DNA from: Eledone cirrhosa | Taxonomy: Eukaryota | Length of the DNA: 64,000 bases | Reading direction: 5' to 3' | Assembly: GCA_964016885.1 (NCBI GenBank) | Contig: OZ024748.1 | Coordinates: 42,408,001 to 42,472,000, forward strand | Part shown: piece after piece, positions 13,766 to 27,039 of the stretch | Position numbering within the stretch: the first letter of the stretch is position 1 | How the letters are laid out: every line of letters begins with the position of its first letter | Notes under the pieces: generated by a model | Databases searched by the model: none | What the model was told of the DNA's origin: nothing | Seen by the model: the letters and a program-made list of their open reading frames with translations, nothing else | Position numbers and translations under genes: made by a program

Positions 13766-15146
13766 AGTATATATAGAGTAATGTAAATGTTATATGAGAT
13801 ATTATGTGAGGTAAAGCCTTTACTGTGAAAATACAATAGTATACATAGAGTAATGTAAATGTTATGTGAGGTATTATGTGAGGTAAAGCCTTTACCATGA
13901 AAATACAATAGTATATATAGAGTAATGTAAATGTTATATGAGATTTATGTGAGGTAAAGCCTTTACTGTGAAAATACAATAGTATATATAGAGTAATGTA
14001 AATGTTATATGAGATATTATGTGAAGTAAAGCCTTTACTGTGAAAATACGATAGTATACATAGAGTAAAGTAAATGTTATGTGAGGTATTATGTGAGGTA
14101 AAGCCTTTACCATGAAAATACAATAGTATATATAGAGTAATGTAAATGTTATATGAGATATTATGTGAGGTAAAGCCTTTACTGTGAAAATACAATAGTA
14201 TATATAGAGTAATGTAAATGTTATATGAGATATTATGTGAAGTAAAGCCTTTACTGTGAAAATACAATAGTATACATAGAGTAATGTAAATGTTATGTGA
14301 GGTATTATGTGAGGTAAAGCCTTTACCATGAAAATACAACAGTATATATAGAGTAATGTAAATGTTATATGAGATATTATGTGAGGTAAAGCCTTTACTG
14401 TGAAAATACAATAGTATATATAGAGTAATGTAAATGTTATGTGAGATATTATGTGAGGTAAAGCCTTTACTGTGAAAATATAATAGTATATATAGAGTAA
14501 TGTAAATGTCATTTGAGGTATTATGTGAGGTAAAGCCTTTATTGTGACAATACAATAGTATATATAGAGTAATGTAAATGTTATGTGAGATATTGTGTGA
14601 GGTAAAGCCTTTACTGTGAAAATACAATAGTATATATAGAGTAATGTAAATGTTATGTGAGATATTGTGTGAGGTAAAGCCTTTACTGTGAAAATATAAT
14701 AGTATATATAGAATAATGTAAATGTTATGTGAGATATTATGTGAGGTAAAGCCTTTACTGTGAAAATACAATAGTATATATAGAGTAATGTAAATGTTAT
14801 GTGAGATATTATGTGAGGTAAAGCCTTTACTGTGAAAATATAATAGTATATATAGAGTAATGTAAATGTCATTTGAGGTATTATGTGAGGTAAAGCCTTT
14901 ATTGTGACAATACAATAGTATATATAGAGTAATGTAAATGTTATGTGAGATATTGTGTGAGGTAAAGCCTTTACTGTGAAAATACAATAGTATATATAGA
15001 GTAATGTAAATGTTATGTGAGATATTGTGTGAGGTAAAGCCTTTACTGTGAAAATATAATAGTATATATAGAATAATGTAAATGTTATGTGAGATATTAT
15101 GTGAGGTAAAGCCTTTACTGTGAAAATACAATAGTATATATAGAGT
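13765..15146. repeat. 72-bp tandem repeat, block 2 (about 19 units, with a 360-bp higher-order duplication)
   Basis: 14401-14760 and 14761-15120 read identically. Confidence 0.97.
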
Positions 15147-15383
15147 GGTTTCTTTATTTGCCACTAGGGCACAAAAGGTAGGGACAGATACAAGGGGGGA
15201 AGTTTACATATAATTAACGAGTACAAAAATATAACAATGAAATAACAACAACAAACGAAGTCCTCAATAGGGAGGGGGCATTAACATGGGTCGCACACAC
15301 CCCGGAAAAAATGTGCAACCCTTCTCCTCAGGAGCACAAAGAGTAGGTGCTTCCCTCGTCTCCTCTTTTTCCTCTTCTTTCAC

Positions 15384-18300
15384 CTACAGGCTGATATAGA
15401 GAGAAGACCCATTCACTCTGGCCATTCTCCCTACTTTCACCCACCTTTCATAAAACTTGCTGGGGTAGAGCACCTCTCTCTCCATTCTGATCCTTCTTTT
15501 AAAATGGTATTTGAAAAAGGGGACCAGTTGTTGGCCGGAGAGAAAGGTGTCTGACCTCAGCCCTTTCAGCCTCGTCCACCATACAACTTCTTTAGCCATG
15601 GCTACCACACAGAGAAAAACCGCCTCTCCTTCGTTTTTGAAAGGGGGAGGCGGTTTGATCGTGACAACCGGATTGGTCCCACCCTCGACAGTAGTCGTTC
15701 CACATAGCCCCACAGGTCAGCAATGCCTGGGCAGTGTACGAATGCGTGCGCAACGGTTTCGTCATCATGCACGCATCTCGGACAGATCTTATTCAAAGGA
15801 TCTCTACCCAGGCTCCCATGCCTGTGGAGCTTGTCTCGAACGGGTAGAGCCCCTCGGTAGCACTGCCAAGCCAGGGACTTTTGGAAGTTGTCCATCGGTC
15901 CAGGGCCAAACGTCCTACCGAACAGACTGGCCAGTTCATCTTCCTCCATGCCTAGAGCTTCTCCGAGAGCATCGTCGCACCTGCTGCGTACCAACCCTCT
16001 ATAGAATGTCGACGTGGAGTCTCCACTGATTGCCGGGTCCGCTTTCCAGAGGGCCGTGAGCGCCTGGGCACATTCAATGTGCCAGTCGCCCACTTTTCTC
16101 GGTCTTTGCTTGACCCAGGATTGCAGCTCGGTGAGCGAGACGAGTCTGGGAAAGGCTCGCCTCACAAACGGGGCCCACACCGGTTGACCGGTGAGGAATA
16201 CCTGGAGGTGCCGTAGCCTTAATGCGTGTTTACGCATCTGTAGCCACGGCATCCCCAGCCCTCCTTTCGAAGGGTGTTGACAGCAGATGGATCTCCTCAC
16301 CAAAGGGGTCCGCTTGTTCCAAAGAAATTGGAACAGCGTGCACTCCATTTTGGCGAGTCTTTTCACTGGGCAAGGCACGACGGTCAAGCGGTAGTAGATG
16401 ACGGATGCTATATAAGTATTCGCCACCTCCGCTCGACCTTACAGGGATAGTTTGCACTGGGCCCACTTCTGGGTGAGTGCAAACACCCTGGCCGTTACCT
16501 CGTTCCAGTTTTTCTCCACCTGGAGGTCTGGTCCGAACCAGACCCCAAGCAGCTTCACCGGGCCCTCCGTCCAGCGTCCGACGACGTCGTTGGAGGGCAT
16601 CGGTTTGCCTCTCCATGTTCCGAGTTGCAAACCGACGGACTTGTCCCGGTTCAGCTTGGCTCCTGTAAACCTTTCATATTCCTCCAGTAAGGTGCCGATC
16701 TCACCGATTTGCGAGGTTTTCGACACCATTACTGTCACGTCATCGGCGTAGGCCGACGCCGCTTTCTGCAATCCCGGTTCCAAAGGGATGCCCTGCAACC
16801 GCTCCAACTTCCGCAGTAGTGGCTCAAGAGCCAGCACATACAGTAGGGAGGAGAGAGGGCATCCCTGTCGGATGGATCGCGTTATTTGGAACGACTCCGA
16901 GAGGTAGCCGTTCACCTTGACCCTTGAGCAGACGTTGCTGCTGTGCATCGCAGCAATCCAACCCCTGAAAACGGGTCCGAAGCCTGCCGCCGCGAGCACC
17001 GCATCCAGGTAACGATGGTCAACCCTATCGAAAGCTTTAGATTGATCCAAGTTGATCAGGGCCCCACCAAAGCCGGGTTCATTCCCTACCCTCTCTATGA
17101 TGTATCGCATAAGGTGGAGATTGTCGTGAATGGACCTGGACGGGATTGCGCATGTCTGCGCTTCTCCCACCAGGTTTCCAACGACAAGCGCCAACCTCTT
17201 CGCTAACACCTTGGCCAAAATCTTTAACTCTGTATTTAGCAGAGTTATGGGCCTGAAGTTACTTATGTCATCCCCCTTGTTCTCATCCTTCCTCACCAGC
17301 GTAACTACGCCCTTGGTCACAGAACTGGGAATTCTCCCGTTCTGCTGCCAGTTGCAGTAGACCGCTTCGAGGATATCGGAGAACAAGTCCGGCATCGCTA
17401 CATATAGCTCGTATGGTAGACCATCGAGACCCGGGGATTTGCGTTTGCCGCATTGGCTCAGCGCCGCCCCTATCTCAGCAGCTGAAATCGTCCTTTCGCA
17501 GGACTTCGCCTCCGCGTCCGAGAGGCGCGGCAGACCGTCGAGGTATGGATTGAAATCCATAGTCTCACCCGGCGCGCCGCCCCTCTCGAACAGTTGTGCA
17601 AAGTGCCGCTGAAAGGCCGCACACATCTGCCCAGGTTCAAGGATCACACGCCCATCCTGGTCCTTCAAAGACCGAATCGTGGACTTGTTCCCACTTTTTG
17701 CCTCTGTCACTCGGGCCCAGCTCACAGCTTTGGCTCCCTCATTACCCAGAGCACGTATTTTACTCCTGACAACGCAGCCTTCATGCTTCACCTCAAAGAA
17801 CTGGTCTAAGGCCATTCTTGATGCCAGCACGCCGGCTACATTACCACTCCTAATCGCCTCTTCTACTCTATCTACTAATTCCCTTTCCGTCTTGTTCCTA
17901 TCCCTTGCTAATTCCTGACTAAAACCTATCGATTCTATTCTAATTGCTCTCTTAAGAGAGCTCCACCACCTGTTGTTGACAATTGCCCCTGTCAAACTCT
18001 GCTTAACTAACGTGCTAATCCGTTTACTGTAAGCTTTGCTTCTCGGTAAGGACAAGTTCAGCTTCCACTAACCGGGTCCCTGTCTATGGGTTCTATCAAG
18101 GTTGGCTATGCAGGTCACTAACTTGTGATCCGAATAGTCAACCATGAACATTTTTGGACAGCTAAATGTGTCCCTATCGTTCTCTCTAACTAGGACCCTA
18201 TCTAGGTACGACCTAGATGTTCCACTGCGATTGGTCCACGTCCATAGTGGTACAGTCGGAAAATCTAGTCGATATCTATCGGCCAGGTCAAATCGGCCGA

Positions 18301-18806
18301 TTAACCTTTTGAGGCTTTTACACCCCCCTCTATTGGCACATGCCCCTACATAGTCCCAACGTGCATCCAGGATACCATTCCAGTCCCCCACTAAAAGCAA
18401 GGAGCGGGACGTTCCCAGAAAAGTTTCCAGACGTTGGAAGTATTCCGGCCGCGCTGCCCAAAAAGGGGCGTACACAGCTATTAGTCTAAGGGCTCCACTT
18501 TCACTACTGCCGACGTCTAAAACCACCAGTCGACCCTCCGGGTCCAGGTGCACCTTCTGTATGGCGAGGCCCAGGTGTTTTCGCAGCAGAACGACAACTC
18601 CACCCCCCACCCCCCGGTTGACAGAGAGATGCGAAGATCTCAAAGTCGTCGAAGAGGGGCGCCAGTTGGTGCTCGCTGCTGATCCTGGACTCGCAAATAG
18701 CCATTACATCCATTCTATGCGACCTGAGATCGTTTAAAAGTTTGCCTTGTTTCCAAGACAGTCCCAGGCCACGTACATTCAGACACCCAACTCTTATATC
18801 AGCCAT
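15384..18806 (-). pseudogene. Tx1 ORF2 (APE-RT-zf), disrupted
   Basis: Pieces 18504-18806, 18068-18643, 16439-18055, 15602-16426 and 15384-15713. In-frame stop at GPG*WKLN. Short deletion near 15665 relative to the copy at 36041-37513. Confidence 0.93.
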
Positions 18807-18811
18807 GTTGG

Positions 18812-20574
18812 TTAAAAGAGGAAGGACCTACCTGTTCGGCTCCTGAGGAGCAGGTTGCACAACACAATATCCATGGGCGTATTGGAGGGGTTGTTTGGTG
18901 GGGTGTTGTTCTGTGGTGGAGTGGGGGTGTTTGGTGAGGTGTGGGTGGGGAAACGTTTCAAGAGGACGCGGTTATAGGGTCGAGTACATGTTTTCCCCAC
19001 GTCCTCAGGAAAGTTCTCTCTTAGTTTTTCATAGGTGTCCATTGGGAGTCTTATCATTTTTAAATGCGGTTTGTTGGCCGCGCTTGCAAAGAATTGCCCT
19101 TCAGTTTCCACCAAAGGGTCTTTGTGTATTGTTTTTACTAGTTCTTTGTTATTTGTGTTAATGTATGTATACTGTTTTATTTGTGTTGTGTTTGTTTGTT
19201 GTTCTTGTGTGTGCTTACGTTTTGTTGTATGTGTTATGTTTTGGGGTGGGGCGGATTTTGTTTGTTCTGTTTGTTTTGTTTTTGTTGGTGGTTGTGTGTT
19301 TGTTTCGTTTATGTTCGAGTGGTGCTTTCTTTTTTTCCTTTTTACAGGTTGGAAGGGTTCCCCCTCTTCGTCACTAGGTGCCGTTTCCGCTGGGTCCTCG
19401 TCCGTGCTGTCGGGTAGTGGTGTATTTTGGGGTTTTGTTGTATTTGTGTGTGTTTTGGGAGTTGTTTTGGGTGGGGCCGTGTCTTGTGTTATTTTTCCCT
19501 GTTGTTTTTGTTGTTGTTGTGGTGGTGGTGGTGGAGGTGGTGGTGGTGGTGGTGGTGGCGGTGGTGGTGTGTGGGGTGTAGGCAAAAGAGCCTTTTTTTT
19601 GTCAATTGAGGACAAGCAGCCCTTAGATGACCCCTGCTTGAACAGTAGTAACATATGGGCCTCCTACCCTCGGCTGAAATATATATAAATGTTTCTCCAT
19701 CGAGGGACACCCTCTGTGGTATTCTAGCTATTCGTTCTGGTCTCATTTGGACCAGAACCTCCACGCTCAAACCGCCGAAAACGTCTGTGGTGACTTCTCC
19801 TACTGAGAGGATTCCGTCCTCGTCTTCTAAAAATCCTGTTAGTACCCAGGAAATGCATGCATTTGGCCGGATTCCGGAGACCCTTATCTTCTGCGTTCTT
19901 TTCCCTAAATATGTGGGGAAAAATGTATGTAGCTTGGAAACAATTGGTGCCACAGAGTATTTCCTGGCCGTCAATTGATCCTTCATTAGGACCGTTATAT
20001 TCCCATAGAGTGGCCCTTTTTGTATGAACGATATATCACTCCACACATTTTTTAGGACCAGCTCAATCTCTTTTTGGGATAATTGAGTTGGTTTCCTTGT
20101 TATGTTGGAAATTGTTCTGAAAGATATCGTTCTTAGCGTCGTGTCTCTTTTGATTTCTTGTGGGGAGGTGATTGTGAAGTCTCCTCCTTCTTTGAAAGTT
20201 ACATACTGTTTCGCTTCCTTCATCTTTTCTCTCAGAGTTGTAATGTCCAGTTGCTTGCAGGTTTGTGTTTTCCGGACCGCCTGTGCAAAGGAGGCACCAG
20301 TAGTGGGTTCGCTTTGTTTGGTGTTATCGTTATTTTTTCCTTGGTTGGTGTTGTGACTATTGCTGTTATTGTCGTTGTTGTTTTTGTCTGCGTTTATGTG
20401 ACTTTCTGGGTTTTCACCCATTTTTACAAATTTTTCTTTTAATTCCGTGTTCCATGTTTCTTTTGCAGAAGTCAGGAGGGAAGACTTAGAGCCTTGTGCT
20501 TCTAGCTTCTCTGTATCACCTTTCTTAGGGGGCGTGGCTTTCACGTTAGGATGAGATGTGAAAATTCCGTCCAT
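18812..20574 (-). pseudogene. Tx1 ORF1 (gag-like, zinc knuckle, Pro/Gln/Thr-rich tail), split at an A8 run near 19593-19600
   Basis: ORFs 19489-20667 and 18812-19654 overlap in adjacent frames; the second ends 6 nt before the ORF2 ATG. Confidence 0.8.
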
Positions 20575-20786
20575 TTCTATTAGTTTGCCGTAATAAATTT
20601 TTAACTGGAAAATTCGCCCCAAAAAGGGGCGAAAATAAATAAACTCAAAGTTTGACGACCAAGGCAAGGGGTTAACGTATATTACAGTATAAACAAATTA
20701 ATCAAAACTCACTTTTTGAGTAAGTAAATCCGACTCGGTAGCCGAGCTTGTTCACACACGTCAACACACGTCTCTCGTATACGAGA

Positions 20787-21030
20787 TGTTATGTGAGATA
20801 TTATGTGAGGTAAAGCCTTTACTTTGAAAATACAATAGTATATATAGAGTAATGTAAATGTTATGTGAGATATTATGCGAGGTAAAGCCTTTACCGTGAA
20901 AATACAATAGTATATATAGAGTAATATAAATGTTATGTGAGATATTAAGGCTTTACCTCACATAATATTATGTGAGGTAAAGCCTTTACCGTGAAAATAC
21001 AATAGTATATATAGAGTAATGTAAATGGTA
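20787..21030. repeat. 72-bp tandem repeat, block 3 (about 3 units, with a short internal inversion at 20948-20968)
   Basis: Direct reading. Confidence 0.93.
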
Positions 21031-21419
21031 AAGGGTTAAGGAGATGATTGTCAGATTGGACCAGGGAAACTATGTTTCCGTTGGTCTTTCCATTGGTCTT
21101 TCCATTGATGATGTTATCTGTTCTTCACAACTGTTGGCAGAAGGAGGTGGAACTTGATCACAGAATGCATCTAGTCTTACTCTTTAACAATTCTGCCAAT
21201 TTATTCTTCCCAAATGATGAAAAGTAAAGTTGGCCATGGTGGGATTTGAACTCAGAGTGAGTGCAGAAATTTGCAGAAAATAAACCAATGCTCTAACCAC
21301 TCTGACATGGTAGAGAATAATGTTATAAAAACCATCTTCATAATGAACTAATTAATAAGTCTAATAAATGTTTCCAAATTTTTCATTTATTTAATTGAAA
21401 TACAATGTATTATTTTTAA

Positions 21420-21707
21420 CCCTTTAGTATTTACATAACTCTATATATACTATTGTATTTTGGTGTTAAAAGCTTTACTTCACATAATATCTCACAAAAC
21501 ATTTACATTACTTTATATTTACTATTGTATTTTTGTGGTAAGGGCTTTACCTCACATAATTATCTCACACAATATCGAATCTATGAGATTTTGATATTAT
21601 CTGAGAACAATACCTTAACATAAGTATGAGTGGCTGGTTATGACTGGTTTGAACAGAAAGAAATGAGAGAATTCTGGCTGGATATGTCTGGTTTAAATAC
21701 TAAAGGG
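21420..21707. mobile_element. TTAA MITE, short copy with two 72-bp-like units
   Basis: TTAA-CCCTTTAGTATTTA...TAAATACTAAAGGG-TTAA; opposite orientation to 9168-21035. Confidence 0.88.
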
Positions 21708-22299
21708 TTAAAATATGGTAATGAAGAGTTAAAGATTTGGGAATTGGGGTAAGAATTAGCAGAATCTAGACAGAAAACCTTGTGAGAATTTATTCCAATT
21801 AAGTTAGAATTCTGTTCATTGTCTCAAGTTGGTTCCATAAAGAGTTTTAACAGTTTTGAGCCTAAAACACATGAAAACTCACCCAATTCTCTAGTACAAA
21901 ACTGCTTCTTTTAAAATGTTTATATATATCTAAAACAACCACCTTAAAAATGAAGTTTCCCTTCCCTTAGAGTTGGTGCTTTTGTACCAATGCTAGAAAT
22001 AATTATCATTTGTCTCCTATAAAATAAATCATCATTATATACCACCTACAGATGCAATTGATTTGCTCCTTTAATACCTATATTTATATAAGCCAAATTT
22101 TCAACGTATTGAAGCACTGAGGATATATGTATATATGTGTATATATTATATATAGAGTTATAATCTCAAATTGTCTTAAAGAAAGGAATATTTCCGAGCC
22201 GTCTAATACAAATGAATATATGATAGGGATAAACACTGTATACTCATATCAGTGTTTATCCCTATCATATATTCATATATGTGTGTATATATATATAAT

Positions 22300-22645
22300 G
22301 GAGGCACATGGCTTAGTGGTTAGAGCATTGGCCTTGCAATCGAAAGGTTGTGAGTTCAATTCTCAGACCGGGTGATGTGTTGTTTCCTTGAGCAAGACAC
22401 TTTATTTCACGTTGCTCCAGTTTACTCAGCTGTAGAAATGAGATGATAGGGACTGGGGTCCATATCATTCCACTGTAAAGTGGTCGTGGAGGTGCCACGG
22501 CAAAAAAGCACCCAGCACTCACTGTAAATGAGGTTGGTGTTAGGAAGGGCATCCAGCTGTAGAAATCAAGCCAGTATCAGTTCCCGTCCCACCCTTGCAA
22601 GCAGGGAAAAAGCGGACGTAAAATGAAATGATGAATGATGATGAT
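22300..22645 (+). mobile_element. Full tRNA-derived SINE: tRNA head, CORE-like domain, GGTTGGTGTTAGGAAGGGCATCC domain, RTE-derived tail
   Basis: A-box TGGCTTAGTGG, B-box GTTCAATTC. Tail CCCGTCCCACCCTTGCAAGCAGGGAAAAAGCGGACGTAAAATG matches the LINE end at 25570-25612. Confidence 0.92.
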
Positions 22646-22659
22646 ATATATATATATAT

Positions 22660-25633
22660 GAGATGGAGAGGTGCCTCTGCGAGACTAGTCGTAGGCAAGC
22701 GTCTTAGCTATAAGCTTTTCTGGGTAGGTAAGGATGATGGGTTAGGGGGAGTAGGCATTTTCCTGGCTGAGAAATGGATCAATAAGACAATAGAGGTAGT
22801 TCGAGTTAGTAATCGAATAATTAAGCTTAGATTAGTTGTAGGCAGGAGACTACTGACAATCATCTCGGCCTATGCTCCCCAAGCAGGCCTAGGCAAAGAT
22901 GAGAAAGACTGCTTTTATGAGCAACTTTTACAAACAGCCGCAATGACAGAAAACGGAGACATCATTATGCTAGCAGGAGACTTCAATGGTCATGTTGGAC
23001 AGCTCCAGGGTGGTTACACTGGGGTACATGGTGGGCACGGTTACGGTTCAAGAAATGAAGAAGGAGTGAGACTTCTTGAAATTTGTGATGCAGGTACATT
23101 GACTATTTGCAACACAAACTTCCAGAAACCTGCCAATCACCTAATAACCTACAAATCTGGTGAGCACATAAGCCAGATTGACTTCTTACTAGTTAGGCAG
23201 CGGGACAGGCAGATAGTGTCTAATACCAAGGCATACCCTGGGGAAGAATGTACCCCACAGCATAGGTTAGTTGTTAGTGATATCTCAGTAAGCAAGAGAT
23301 GGAATGAGACATATAGGAAGGTGTGGAGAAGAAAGGTCTGGAAGCTAAAAGACCTTTCACTAAAATACAAGTTTAGGAAAGCCCTTCAAGATGTATATGA
23401 CGAAAAAGAAGACAATTTAGAGACGTATGACATAGATAATAACTGGAATTTCTTACATGACAACTTGCTGCAGGCTACTGATGAAACTTGTGGCTGGAGC
23501 AGAGCTCCAACCAGACAGAGAGTGACCTGGTGGTGGAACAGCAGTGTAGATAAGGCCATTAGAGACAAAAGACTAGCATGGAAGGCTTGGAAAAAGGGTG
23601 GGAGTAGGGAAGAATATACAACCGCTAAGAGAGAAGCTAGACGTCAGGTGTACTTAGCACGCAGGGAGGCTGAGAGTAGGAGGTTTGCCAATGTTCTGCG
23701 ACGGGAAGATCAGAGGCGTGCGGTGTTCCACATTGCAAGGCAGTGTGTCAATGCAAATCAGGATGTTGTTGGAGATAAATGTGTCTGGGATGATGCTGGT
23801 GTAATTAGTGTCACAAATGATCAGAAAAAGAATGGCCTGGAAATGTCATTATGAGAGACTGATGAATGTGGAGAACGAATGGGAGAGAGAGAAATTACCC
23901 TTAGTAGATCTGACAGAGGGACCAGCTATTGAGATTGACGAATATAGGGTCCAAGAGGCGATTAAGGAAATGAAAAATGGTAAGGCTGCTGGACCATCGG
24001 GAATAGTTGCTGAGATGCTGAAGGCATCAGGGGACGTAGGCACTAAACTGCTTGCACGCATCATCAATCAGGCTATATATGGTAGTGTCATATCCAAAGA
24101 CTGGTGCAGCAGTATTCTCATAAATTGCTACAAAGGTAAAGGGGATGCTCTGGAGAGGAGCAATTATAGGGGTATAAAACTGATGGATCAGGTTATGAAA
24201 GTGGCAGAAAGGATATTAGCACAACTAATTAGAGAAAGGGTCAAACTAAATCAGATGCAGTTTGGTTTTGTGCCCGGGAAGAGTACAACAGATGCCCTCT
24301 TCTTAGTGAGACAATTGCAAGAGAGGTTCTTTGAGAAAAATAAGCCACTATACTTAGCCTTTGTTGACCTAGAGAAGGCTTTTGATAGGGTACCCCGATC
24401 TGTCATCTGGTGGTCCCTAAGGAAACTAGGTGTTGAGGAATGGCTTGTGAGGACAGTGCAAACTTTGTAAAGAGTTACTCACAGTAAAGTCAGGGTAGGA
24501 ATGGAGTTTAGTGAGGAATTCCAGATACAAGTAGGAGTACATCAAAGTTCAGTCCTCAGCCCGCTCTTGTTCATTATAGTCCTCCAAGCCATAACAGAGG
24601 AGTTTAAGACTGGCTGTCCATGGGAACTTCTCTACGCTGACATCTGGTTCTTATAGCAGAATCAGTAGAGGAGCTAGAGAATAAATTCTGGCTATGGAAA
24701 CAGCAGTTGGAAGCAAGAGGACTGAGAGTGAACCTAGCTAAGACAAAAGTGTTGATGAATAGAAAAGAGGACAAAACTTTGATTCCGTCAGGGAAATGGT
24801 CATGTTCGATATACAGAAAAGGAACTGGCATAAATTCTATAAAATGCACACAATGTAGATCCTGGGTACACAAGAGATGTAGCGGGATAGCAGGCAAACT
24901 AACAGGTAGGGAGAAATATGTATGCAGTAGATGTACAGGGAAATTAGACAGTAGAAGTCACATTGATAGACACATTTTTCAAATGCAGGAGGGTGCTATA
25001 GAAGTGGTGGATAGCTTCCGGTACCTAGAAGATCAGATTAGCATCAGAGGAGGGTGTTCCGAGGCCATAGTATCTAGAATAAGGGCGGGTTGGAAGAAGT
25101 TTAGGGAGCTGCTTCCTCTGCTGACGAAGAATGGTTTCTTCCTGCATAGGAAAGGTTGGTTGTATGATGCCTGTGTGAGGAGCGCGATGCTGCATGGTAG
25201 TGAGACATGGGCAGCAACTGCAGAGGATATGCGATGGCTGGAGAGAAATGAGGCAAGCATGCTCCGTTGGATCTGCAGTGTAAATGTGCGTGAACGACCC
25301 AGCATGAATGTGTTGAGAGAGAATGTGTCTGAGAGGGATAGAATGTCGTGTACGGGAGAGGAGACTGAGGTGGTATGGACATGTGATGCGCATGGAGGAT
25401 GACCGATGGGTGAAGAAGTACCAGGAAATACCAGTTGAAGGAAGACGTGGTAGAGGTAGAGCACGAAAAACATGGGCGGAGGTGGTGAGAACAGAACTCA
25501 GATCGCTGAAGCTCACAGTGGAGATGACGAAGGACCGTGACGAGTGGAGAGATGCTGTGCTGAATAAGACCCGTCCCACCCTTGCGAGCAGGGAAGAGCG
25601 GACGTAAAATGATGATGATGATGATGATGATGA
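22660..25633 (+). mobile_element. RTE family C LINE, slightly 5'-truncated, frameshifted
   Basis: ORFs 22628-23854 (APE), 23808-24470, 24707-25402 and 25323-25607; very short 3' UTR and (GAT)n tail. Confidence 0.96.
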
Positions 25634-25726
25634 TATACATATATATATATATAAGTATAAGTATAAAGAAAGTGCTCAATCACAGAGAGTCAACACCCTT
25701 ACTAGACAGAAAAAGAAGTTAGCAAG

Positions 25727-25778
<52 letters not shown>

Positions 25779-25841
25779 CTTAAGCCCAAATCTTGTTTTG
25801 TGGGGGGTCCTTTCATCAAGATATGAAAGTGGTTAGAAACA

Positions 25842-25873
<32 letters not shown>

Positions 25874-25876
<3 letters not shown>

Positions 25877-25980
25877 ATGCGATGAAATACCAATGATCGT
25901 TGGCAAATCACTGATGAGGGACTCATTTTATAACATGTAATCCATGTGCAACCATGCAGTATTCTTCTCCCCATATTTTT
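25874..25980 (+). mobile_element. 5'-truncated copy 3 of the permuted-hammerhead element
   Basis: GCGATGAAATACC...AAATCACTGATGAGGGAC; lacks the upstream cleavage strand. Confidence 0.6.
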
Positions 25981-26240
25981 CAAGGAAACGACAAAACAGA
26001 GGTACAAAAGTCTTATTAATTTCAAGCTTTATATGAAAAAGGGGAAAGATAGTTCGACATGTCGGGTTTTAGCCCTTCTTCGGGAGTACAAAAATAGAGG
26101 CAGGATCACAGAGATACAGTATATATTGCATGTATATATATATACATATATATAGGAAAAGGGCCAGGACCCCATTTTACTACCCTAAGTATTGAGTACT
26201 CTGGTGCGTTATGGTCCACCTGGTTCCTTACTACACTTTC

Positions 26241-26271
<31 letters not shown>

Positions 26272-26400
26272 CAGCATCATCATCATCATCATCATCATCG
26301 TTTACCGTCTATCTTCCACGCTAGCATGGGTTAGACGGGAATTGTCCCATTTGAGGCAAGATTGGTCGGGTTACCATGTCTCACTCGTATAGGACTATAT

Positions 26401-26445
<45 letters not shown>

Positions 26446-26451
26446 TATATA

Positions 26452-26654
26452 CATCCAGAGTTGACATTGCACTCAGTGCTCCTGTGGGAGCCCCTACATG
26501 GACACACTAGAAGTGGAAGACCAAGGTTAACGTATGTTGATGCCCTAAGGACAGACACTGGTCTGTTGGAGACGCAGGACATGGCAGCGATAATGAGGGA
26601 CAGAGACCGCTGGAGAGAACTCGTCCATGGATCTCGGGAATTTTACCCGCCTTA
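26452..26654 (+). mobile_element. 3' end of a distinct RTE-like LINE (family D)
   Basis: [23 protein letters not shown]...REFYPP*; same as 46037-46240 and 59408-59735. Confidence 0.88.
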
Positions 26655-26741
<87 letters not shown>

Positions 26742-26744
26742 AAT

Positions 26745-26777
<33 letters not shown>

Positions 26778-26807
26778 AATATTAAATATATATATATATA
26801 TATATAT

Positions 26808-27003
26808 AACAAAGGAAATGTGGTAAGGAACCAGGTGGACCATAACGCACCAAAGTACTCAATACTTAGGGTAGTAGAATGGGTAATAGGAACGAGTGGG
26901 ACCCCAACGGCTGAGCTCAAGCCGTTTCGACGGGTAATTCATTTAGTCCAGAATTAGCCGTCGAAACGGCTTGAGCTCAGCCGTCGGGGTCCCACTCGTT
27001 CCT
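26808..27003. mobile_element. Penelope-like tail element ending in a fold-back palindrome that contains HHR 3' halves
   Basis: GAAA-CGGC..GCCG-TC in the right arm and a near-match in the left. Family also at 26155-26245, 28901-29081 and 52081-52160. Confidence 0.6.
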
Positions 27004-27039
27004 ATATATATATATATATATATATAAATATATATATAT

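Larger units (their letters stand above)
15147..20786 (-). mobile_element. Full-length-type L1/Tx1-clade LINE (5' UTR, ORF1, ORF2, 3' UTR), inactivated
   Basis: ORF1 with CCHC knuckle CYYCSSRGHLRAAC. ORF2 with APE (CLNVRGL, VYAP, GDWN, SYLDR, SDHK), RT (QGCPLSSLLY, YADD) and C-terminal zinc finger (CPRC...HAFVHC). AATAAA and A-rich 3' end near 15150-15160. Confidence 0.95.
9168..21035. mobile_element. piggyBac-like TTAA MITE inflated to 11.9 kb by satellite expansion and two nested LINEs
   Basis: TTAA 9164-9167 then CCCTTTAGCATTTA; TAAATGGTAAAGGG then TTAA 21036-21039. Empty-site paralogue GGCAGATTAAGGAGATGATT at 9064-9083. Short family members at 21420-21707 and 29998-30219. Confidence 0.85.

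Noticed and set aside
13765-15146. CRISPR-like appearance of regular repeats (also 47841-48071 and 51555-52080)
   Set aside because: There are no unique spacers and no cas genes, and the context is eukaryotic.
13764-15164. 466-aa and 312-aa ORFs with a 24-aa repeat
   Set aside because: They are readings of the 72-bp MITE-derived satellite, open in more than one frame by chance.
15384-20574. Active Tx1 element
   Set aside because: ORF2 has several frameshifts, an in-frame stop and a deletion.
22300-22372. tRNA gene (also 1553-1625)
   Set aside because: A and B boxes are present, but the sequence continues into CORE-like SINE body and tail.
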